A DNA stretch of 64,000 nt, from assembly GCA_037441705.1 (NCBI GenBank), contig JBBIRR010000001.1, positions 96,001-160,000 on the forward strand, read 5' to 3'. Positions 57,701 to 64,000 of this stretch are shown one piece after another. Below the pieces are notes generated by a model that did no database searches, was not told where the DNA came from, and saw nothing but the letters and a program-made list of their open reading frames with translations. The stretch is from Ignavibacteriales bacterium. GTDB taxonomy: Bacteria; Bacteroidota; Ignavibacteria; UBA10030; UBA6906. The translations under genes were made by a program, and so were the position numbers. Every line of letters starts with the position of its first letter. Position 1 is the first letter of the stretch.

Positions 57701-60091
57701 TCAGTTCACGGCTACCGGATCGAGCTGCAACTCGGCAATCTTCAACTTCTCCGACTCCTCGGCGGAGCGGAGCGCGAGCTTTAGCACATCGCCCATCTCC
57801 TTCACGAAGTGGAATGTCATCCCTTCGATGGCAGGCTTCGGCACTTCGTCCAGGTCGAGCTTGTTGCGCTCGGGAAGGATGACGGTCTTGATGCCTGCGC
57901 GGTGAGCGGCGATCACCTTCTCCTTCACGCCGCCGATGGGCAGCACGGCACCGCGCAGCGTGATTTCGCCCGTCATCGCAAGGTCGTTGCGCACGAGGCG
58001 GCCGGTGAGCAGCGAGGTGAGCGCCGTGAGCATGGCAACGCCCGCCGAAGGCCCATCCTTAGGAATTGCGCCCGCCGGCACGTGCACGTGAATGTCTAAC
58101 TCCGAGCGGAAGTTCTCGTCAAGGCCAAGCTCCTTTGCATGCGAGGCAATGAAGCTCAGCGCCGCCTGCGCGGATTCTTTCATCACATCCCCAAGTTGAC
58201 CCGTAAGCGTGAGGTTTCCCTTCCCCTTCATCTTCGTCGCTTCGATGAAGAGAATATCGCCGCCTATGGGCGTCCACGCAAGACCAACGGCGATGCCGGG
58301 ACGATTGATGCGCTCGGCAACATCCGGGAAAAACTTCTGTTGACCCAAGTACTTCGTAAGATTGTCTTTCTTGATCGTTGCTTTCTGGATCTCTCCTTCT
58401 GCCACATCTCTGGCAACGCCGCGGCAAATGCTCGCAATCTGCCGCTCGAGGTTGCGTACGCCCGCCTCTCGTGTGTAACCGGAAATGATGTGCCGGATCG
58501 CCTCGTCGTCAATCTCCACCTGCTCGGATTGCAAACCGTGTTCGCGCAACTGCTTCGGCAGCAGGAAGCGGCGCGCAATGTGCAGCTTCTCATCCTCGAC
58601 GTAGCTCGGAATTTCGATAATCTCCATTCGGTCGCGCAGCGCGGGTGGTACCGGTTCGATCATATTCGCCGTGGCGATGAACATCACCTTCGAGAGATCG
58701 AAAGGAATCTCGAGGTAGTGATCGCTGAAGGTGGAGTTTTGCTCAGGGTCGAGAACCTCCAGCAGCGCCGCAGCCGGGTCGCCGCGAAAATCGGCGCCGA
58801 CTTTGTCAATCTCGTCGAGCATGAAGACGGGATTGTTGGAGCCGGCTTTGCGCATGCCCTGGATGATGCGCCCGGGCAGCGCGCCGATGTACGTGCGCCG
58901 GTGCCCGCGGATCTCCGCTTCGTCATGCACGCCGCCGAGCGAGATGCGGACGAACTTCCTGCCGAGCGCGTTGGCGATGGAACGCCCCAGCGACGTCTTG
59001 CCGACGCCGGGAGGCCCGACAAACACCATGATGGGACCGCGCATGTCGTTCTTCAGCTTGCGAACGGCAAGATATTCCAGGATTCGCTTCTTCACTTTAT
59101 CGAGGCCGTAATGATCTTGCTCGAGAACCTCTCGCGCCTTTTTGATATCGAGATTGTCCTCGGTGCTGACGCTCCACGGTAAGTCGAGGATCCAGTCGAG
59201 ATACGTTCGGCTGACGGTGTATTCGGCCGACGCCTGGTTCATCTGCGAGAGACGCTTCAGTTCCTTCTCGGCAACCTTGAGCGCTTCTTCGGGAAGTTTG
59301 GCCGCTTCGATACGCTTGCGCAGTTCGTTCAACTCAAGGTTCTCGTCGTCTTCGCCCAACTCCCTCTTGATGGCTTTCATCTGCTCGCGCAGGTAGTACT
59401 CACGCTGCGTCTTGTTGATGCCATCCTGGACCTCCGATTGAATCTTACTGCCCAGCTCCAACTTCTGAACGAGTTTGGTCAGCACAACGGTCACCTGTTC
59501 CAGCTTCTTCCTGAGGTCGAATGATTCCAGAACCTGCTGTTTCTCCTCGACCGAAACCGGAACGAGAGACGTCGCAAGGTCGGCCACCGCCGACGGTTCG
59601 TCGGTATTCAGGATGATGGTCAGGTGTTCTTCCGTAAGGTTCGGAGACAGCTCCACCGCTCTCTTGAAGAGATTCTTGATGGTCGTGGTCATCGCCTCGA
59701 TCTCGATGCCGGTCTCCGTCGTTTCATCCACCGTGCGAACGACCGCTTTGATGTACGGATCACTGTGAAGGATGGAAAGGAGCTGCACCCGTTCCAGACC
59801 CTGTGTCAGAACGCTCCGGGTTCCATCCGGCAGCGTGAATTGTTTCAACACTTTTGCCAGCGTGCCCACCCAATAGATGTCCTTTTCCGTCGGATGTTCG
59901 ATGCTGCCGTCGGTTTGTGCCACAACAACAATAAGGCCCTCTTCCTTGAGCGATTCATCGATCACCCGTATGCTGCTCTCTCGTCCGATGGAGAGGGGCA
60001 TCATCTGACGTGGGAAAAACACGGAGTTGCGCAATGGCAGCACCGGTAATGCCTGGGGAACTTTCGCTTTCTTCATCTTTCGACCTTTCAT
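57701..60091 (-). CDS. lon: ATP-dependent protease La (Lon)
   Basis: [37 protein letters not shown] (Ser), IGGVKEK (Lys). Confidence 0.98.
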   Translation of the reverse strand: MKGRKMKKAKVPQALPVLPLRNSVFFPRQMMPLSIGRESSIRVIDESLKEEGLIVVVAQTDGSIEHPTEKDIYWVGTLAKVLKQFTLPDGTRSVLTQGLERVQLLSILHSDPYIKAVVRTVDETTETGIEIEAMTTTIKNLFKRAVELSPNLTEEHLTIILNTDEPSAVADLATSLVPVSVEEKQQVLESFDLRKKLEQVTVVLTKLVQKLELGSKIQSEVQDGINKTQREYYLREQMKAIKRELGEDDENLELNELRKRIEAAKLPEEALKVAEKELKRLSQMNQASAEYTVSRTYLDWILDLPWSVSTEDNLDIKKAREVLEQDHYGLDKVKKRILEYLAVRKLKNDMRGPIMVFVGPPGVGKTSLGRSIANALGRKFVRISLGGVHDEAEIRGHRRTYIGALPGRIIQGMRKAGSNNPVFMLDEIDKVGADFRGDPAAALLEVLDPEQNSTFSDHYLEIPFDLSKVMFIATANMIEPVPPALRDRMEIIEIPSYVEDEKLHIARRFLLPKQLREHGLQSEQVEIDDEAIRHIISGYTREAGVRNLERQIASICRGVARDVAEGEIQKATIKKDNLTKYLGQQKFFPDVAERINRPGIAVGLAWTPIGGDILFIEATKMKGKGNLTLTGQLGDVMKESAQAALSFIASHAKELGLDENFRSELDIHVHVPAGAIPKDGPSAGVAMLTALTSLLTGRLVRNDLAMTGEITLRGAVLPIGGVKEKVIAAHRAGIKTVILPERNKLDLDEVPKPAIEGMTFHFVKEMGDVLKLALRSAEESEKLKIAELQLDPVAVN

Positions 60092-60169
60092 ACGCTGTGT
60101 GTGCCCAACATGGTAAACGTCCGCCGCGTGTGATTCGTTCGCGCAGCGAGCGCCTGCGAGAATTCCGCT

Positions 60170-60215
60170 AAAAGAAAAATGGGAGCCGAACAGGTCCCAC
60201 CACCTGCCAGCTCCC
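60170..60215 (-). terminator. Intrinsic terminator between the hsp20 genes and lon
   Basis: Minus strand GGGAGC..CAGGT-loop-ACCTG..GCTCCC followed by ATTTTTCTTTT. Confidence 0.65.
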
Positions 60216-60251
60216 GTTTCGGCGTGAACCCGGATGCAGCAGGATTCACGT

Positions 60252-60722
60252 TTACTTCACTTTCACTTCGATCTGCTTCCGCTTTGCCTCTTCAGCCTTG
60301 GGCATGGTAATGGTCAGGACGCCGTCGCGAAACTCGGCCTCGACCTTGTCCTGCCGTACTGAAGTCGGCAGCGTGAAGGATCGCTGGAACGACCCGTAGC
60401 TGCGCTCGAGGCGGTGGTAGTTCGAGTCTTTCGACTCTCTCTCCTCCTTCTTCTCGCCGCGGATGGTGAGAATGTTGTCGTGGAGGGTGACCTTCACGTC
60501 GTCTTTGTGGACGCCGGGAAGTTCGACCTTTGCAACGAACTCATCATCCTTCTCGAGAAGATCGACAGCGGGCATCCAGGTCGAGGGGAACAGGTCGCCC
60601 TCATCCAGAACGCCGCCGCGGAAGAAGCGATCGAACATGCGATTGATCTCCTGCTGCATGCTCAAGATGCTCGAAGGGATCGTCGCAAGTTCACGCACGG
60701 GATTCCAACGTACTAACGACAT
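60252..60722 (-). CDS. Hsp20/alpha-crystallin small heat shock protein
   Basis: PAVDL, ELPGV, ERSYGSFQRSFTLP, AEFRDGVLTITMPK; AAGGAGG RBS. Confidence 0.96.
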   Translation of the reverse strand: MSLVRWNPVRELATIPSSILSMQQEINRMFDRFFRGGVLDEGDLFPSTWMPAVDLLEKDDEFVAKVELPGVHKDDVKVTLHDNILTIRGEKKEERESKDSNYHRLERSYGSFQRSFTLPTSVRQDKVEAEFRDGVLTITMPKAEEAKRKQIEVKVK

Positions 60723-60752
60723 TGTCAACACCTCCTTTGGTGAACGAATGAG

Positions 60753-61151
60753 TTAGCGAATCTGGATTGTTCTGGGTTTTACTTCTTCTTTCTTCAAGAG
60801 TTTGATCGTCAACACTCCGTCGCTGTAGTGTGCCTCGACGCTGTCGCGGTCGATACCATCGGTCAGGTTGAAGACCCGCTCGTAGGTCCCTCCGCGAATC
60901 TCGTGGTGCAGCACTTTGGCGTGTTCATCGCGCGTGCTGTCCACCGTTCCACGAATCGTGAGCGTTGACCTGTCCATGCTGAGCGAGATGGATTCCTTGG
61001 TTGCCCCGGGAATATCCAGCATCAGCACGTACGCGTCATCCGTTTCGTAGATATCGGCCGGCGGAGTGACCGTTGCAGCCGCGCGAGGCTTGCTGATCAG
61101 CGACTGCTCTCGTTCGCGCTTCATGAGTGCGGCATTGTCTCTGCTTGCCAT
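60753..61151 (-). CDS. Hsp20/alpha-crystallin small heat shock protein
   Basis: PPADIYE, DIPG, YERVFNL, AHYSDGVLTI. Confidence 0.93.
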   Translation of the reverse strand: MASRDNAALMKREREQSLISKPRAAATVTPPADIYETDDAYVLMLDIPGATKESISLSMDRSTLTIRGTVDSTRDEHAKVLHHEIRGGTYERVFNLTDGIDRDSVEAHYSDGVLTIKLLKKEEVKPRTIQIR

Positions 61152-61181
61152 AGTGCTTCACTCCTTTCTCGTCGGCATGCT

Positions 61182-61628
61182 TCAGTTAATCTTGATTTCG
61201 CGAGGCTTCACTTCGTCTGCCTTGGGAAGCAGGATGTGAAGAAGCCCGTTCTGCAGCTCGGCCGTGATGCCGTCGACCTTCACGCCGGCGGGCAGCGCAA
61301 TCGAACGAGTGAAATCGCCGCGTTGAATCTCGTTGCGCAACCACCGCGCGTTCTCCGGCACACCGTTCTGCTTGCGCGTGCCGCTGATGGTCAGCACATC
61401 ATTTTCCAGCGACAGCTTCACATCCTCTTTCCGTACACCGGGCATCTCCGCAACCACCACGAACTCATTGTCCTTCTCAACAACATTGATCGCCGGTGCA
61501 TACCCTTCGTCCGTTACCGCCTCACGGGAAAAGAAATTGCTGAAGATGCGGTCCACTTCCCGCTCGAAGTCCGCAATCTCTTTCCACAACGTGTTCATAG
61601 CCGGGGAATGACGAACCTGGACGAACAT
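61182..61628 (-). CDS. Hsp20/alpha-crystallin small heat shock protein
   Basis: PAINVVE, AEMPGV, GDFTRSIALP, AELQNGLL; start set to MFVQ after an AAGGAGG RBS. Confidence 0.95.
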   Translation of the reverse strand: MFVQVRHSPAMNTLWKEIADFEREVDRIFSNFFSREAVTDEGYAPAINVVEKDNEFVVVAEMPGVRKEDVKLSLENDVLTISGTRKQNGVPENARWLRNEIQRGDFTRSIALPAGVKVDGITAELQNGLLHILLPKADEVKPREIKIN

Positions 61629-61692
61629 ACCTGAACCTCCTTTCATGTATCTGTATGAACTTGTTCTTGAATTTCCATCCGCTCAGGTGTGC

Positions 61693-61708
61693 TTCAACCG
61701 ACATGCCA
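61693..61708 (-). promoter_or_regulatory. Candidate sigma54 (-24/-12) promoter of the hsp20 x3-lon cluster
   Basis: TGGCAT-GTCGG-TTGAA: correct GG-N10 spacing, GA in place of GC at -12. Confidence 0.6.
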
Positions 61709-61856
61709 CTTGCGAGCCGTGTTGAATTTCAAGGGAATTTGTGCGGCAAGAGATGAGTACAGCTACGAACGAGTCAGAACGTCAGAAGGTTGGTGCAATG
61801 ATTTCAGTAGCGAAGTGCAAGCGTGGCGGATACTGGTGTCAAATCGGCAAAGGGGG

Positions 61857-61901
61857 TAAAAACACGAACGGGCACCGCAGCCTGCGCCGAATGCCCGTTC
61901 G
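61857..61901 (-). terminator. Intrinsic terminator after the cupredoxin-like gene
   Basis: CGAACGGGCA...TGCCCGTTCG 10-bp stem, then TGTTTTT on the minus strand. Confidence 0.7.
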
Positions 61902-61923
61902 ATTGTTGTGCAGTTCCGTTCAA

Positions 61924-62745
61924 CTACTTCTCGGCATGCACCCCCGGGCGAAGCGAGAGAGTGAATGCAACAGTGGCCACACTGCCTGCCGTGACAACAA
62001 CTTCCTGACGCTCTTCGTACGGGGCTTCATAGTAATAGGTCGTCACCTTCCCTTTCTGAGTCTCTGTCTTTGTCACCGCCACTCCCTCATGCCACATCTT
62101 GACTGTGTACTTGCCGGGGGGAACATCCGTCAGTTCAAAGCGGCCGTGTGCGTCGGTGACTGCATAGTACGGATGCTCAGCAACCACGACGTATGCGCTC
62201 ATCCATGGATGCCCTGCATCGCAGGTCGCGTGGTACGCTCCCGATTCGGAGAAGCTTCCAGCCTTCACCGAAAAACGAACGCCTTTGATGGGCTGGGCGA
62301 TGTTAAAGATTGTGCGCGGGTCGCTGCCCGGTGCATACGAATGAACGTTGTGCAGCACGGCGTCGCTGTTCACGATGTCAAGCTCCGCGCCCAGGGGCAG
62401 AAGCAGAATGTGCGGTACGTACTCACACGATCGCTGATCGAGAACGTACTTCCGATTCTGCGCGAATGGTTTTCCGCGCGTTATTCCTTCCAGCGATACG
62501 ACCGTGTTCGCAACGCCGCCGCGGGCACCCAGGGCGAGCCTCGGCGACACCTTGCTTGTTCCGCACCAGTCGGGGTCCTTCCCTGTAGCAAACAGAACCG
62601 GCTTCGGCGCGGGACCCGAAATCCGTACCACACCCGTGATCGTCCCGCCGTATTTCACGTCAACAGCCCGGTAGGGCGTTGTCGCAAACACATGCGAGCC
62701 CACAGCGGCGACGATTGCGCCCAACATGACCCAGCTTCGCGTCAT
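61924..62745 (-). CDS. Exported cupredoxin-like protein within a carboxypeptidase-regulatory-like domain
   Basis: Signal peptide; LHNVH and CDAGHPWM (type 1 Cu-like ligands); TDAHGRFELTDVPPGKY; start set to MTRSW. Confidence 0.8.
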   Translation of the reverse strand: MTRSWVMLGAIVAAVGSHVFATTPYRAVDVKYGGTITGVVRISGPAPKPVLFATGKDPDWCGTSKVSPRLALGARGGVANTVVSLEGITRGKPFAQNRKYVLDQRSCEYVPHILLLPLGAELDIVNSDAVLHNVHSYAPGSDPRTIFNIAQPIKGVRFSVKAGSFSESGAYHATCDAGHPWMSAYVVVAEHPYYAVTDAHGRFELTDVPPGKYTVKMWHEGVAVTKTETQKGKVTTYYYEAPYEERQEVVVTAGSVATVAFTLSLRPGVHAEK

Positions 62746-62785
62746 AACGTCCCTTCTCTTTCGCGTTCTTGTGATGATGGAATAA

Positions 62786-63355
62786 CTACTGACCTTTCGG
62801 CGGAATCGGTTCCGGTACCGCATTCTTCACCGGCGGCAGCGACTTGAGATACGCGAAGATCGCCTTCAAGTCGGCATCGTCGAGCTTGGCAAAATTCTCC
62901 CAGGGCATCGGGGGAAGAATCGGTCGCCCCTCGCCCATGTGCTTGCCCGTTCGAAGCGCCTTGACGAACATTGCTTCCGTCCAACTGCCGAGGCCGGTCT
63001 CAACATCAGGCGTGAGGTTCGCGGCAAAGCTGATGCCCCACGGTCCGCCCCACGTGCTCAGATGCGCGTTCGTAACTGCACCCCACTTGTCGGGACCCAT
63101 GCCGACTGCATCCGGGATCGGAAGAACCTGATCGTGCGCGGGCGCGCCGGAAAGAATCCGCGTCTCATCCAATTCCATTCCTTTCGGTCCAAACTTCTTC
63201 GGAGTGTGGCAGTCGTTACAGCCGCCGAGATTTACCAGATACTTGCCGCGCTCGATGAGCTTGCCGGCCGCAGCGGATTTCTTCTGGGCATCGGCCTGCC
63301 CCAGCATTAGCCCTCCAAACATCACTCCTACGGCAAGGACTCGCAGAGTTTGCAT
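62786..63355 (-). CDS. Periplasmic c-type cytochrome (single CxxCH)
   Basis: Signal peptide; RGKYLV..GGCNDCHTP; NLTPDVETGLGSWT; PPMPW; AIFAYLKSLPPV; AAGGAG RBS. Confidence 0.9.
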   Translation of the reverse strand: MQTLRVLAVGVMFGGLMLGQADAQKKSAAAGKLIERGKYLVNLGGCNDCHTPKKFGPKGMELDETRILSGAPAHDQVLPIPDAVGMGPDKWGAVTNAHLSTWGGPWGISFAANLTPDVETGLGSWTEAMFVKALRTGKHMGEGRPILPPMPWENFAKLDDADLKAIFAYLKSLPPVKNAVPEPIPPKGQ

Positions 63356-63873
63356 TCATGTCTCCTTGATATGTGTGTATGATGAGTTGATTGGGTAGTT
63401 AGGTTTGGTCGAACTTCATACGAAGTATCATTCAAAACGGATGTCTTTCGGCACGAAAGCTCCAGCAGCGAGCGCGCCATGGCTTCGAGCACGACGCCAT
63501 AGCCCATGAGCAGAAGGCCAAACACCGTGATTGCCAGCGGGATATATTCGCCCAATGCTGCTGCCTCTTCCCGAATGGCCGAAGGCAGCATCGGAATCAA
63601 CACGACAAACACCATCAAACCGAACGATCCGCCTGTTGCGTTCAGCGACCGGGGCAGATAACGCTGGAGCAGCGGAAACACCACGCCGCCGGCCACACCA
63701 ATGGACGTCGAGAAAACGAGCGCGGCAAGTGTTCCCTCGATGCTGAACGTCAGCTCGTGGCCGCTCATCAATGCGATGAATTTCATTGCGGCGCGTCCTC
63801 CGACACCGATGAAGAGAAATGCCGAGAGAATGCCTGCTACAACCGATGCTGTCACGACGCGAATCGTTCTCAT
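63328..63873 (-). CDS. Hypothetical membrane protein (about 4 TM)
   Basis: Four hydrophobic segments; co-oriented upstream of the cytochrome; 28-nt overlap at its 3' end. Confidence 0.6.
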   Translation of the reverse strand: MRTIRVVTASVVAGILSAFLFIGVGGRAAMKFIALMSGHELTFSIEGTLAALVFSTSIGVAGGVVFPLLQRYLPRSLNATGGSFGLMVFVVLIPMLPSAIREEAAALGEYIPLAITVFGLLLMGYGVVLEAMARSLLELSCRKTSVLNDTSYEVRPNLTTQSTHHTHISRRHECKLCESLP

Positions 63874-64000
63874 CGCATAAACCCATCACATGGTGAACAT
63901 ACGGCGGGGCTTGCACATCATCAGCCCCGAGGATTTGAACGGGCATAATCTACTTCAAATCCGTTCGCCGCAACACCGCATGTGGATGTAGGAAGAGTAG

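Noticed and set aside
63945-63970. CTTCAAATCC resembling a tRNA-Sec anticodon loop
   Set aside because: The flanks do not form the anticodon stem; no T-arm GTTCGA or acceptor stem
63905-63970. CUGAUGA on the - strand suggesting a hammerhead ribozyme
   Set aside because: No stem II followed by GAAA in the required order, and no room for stem I; the motif sits in a simple hairpin

Overview
GC-rich bacterial chromosomal window, densely coding and mostly on the - strand. The combination of T9SS-type C-terminal sorting domains (LxQNYPNPFNPxT), a TonB-dependent receptor, a bS22-like ribosomal peptide and flagellar genes suggests a flagellated FCB-group (Ignavibacteria-like) bacterium; this taxonomic call is inference. 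Left to right: (1) NarL regulator, REC-PAS kinase and sigma54 activator; (2) a rearranged late flagellar cluster fliC-fliS-fliD-flaG-fliT-flgM with sigma28 promoters and a CsrA-type leader; (3) a ~9 kb flagellin glycosylation island holding a NodS-like methylase and a NodB-deacetylase/GT2/TPR/methyltransferase fusion, the best candidate for an undescribed system; (4) metabolic and uptake genes; (5) a heptamer-repeat/REP-like intergenic relic; (6) lepA-lepB-lepB-hemW; (7) a beta-propeller kinase and NarL regulator interleaved with three T9SS cargo genes and a palindromic operator; (8) housekeeping genes (tex, prfC, sppA, HU, a 31-aa bS22-like gene missing from the ORF track); (9) hsp20 x3-lon behind a sigma54-like promoter; (10) a cytochrome c/cupredoxin pair. 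I found no rRNA, tRNA, CRISPR array, transposase or integrase. All calls rest on motif reading only, with no database searches. Many start codons were refined from the ORF track using RBS or promoter context.
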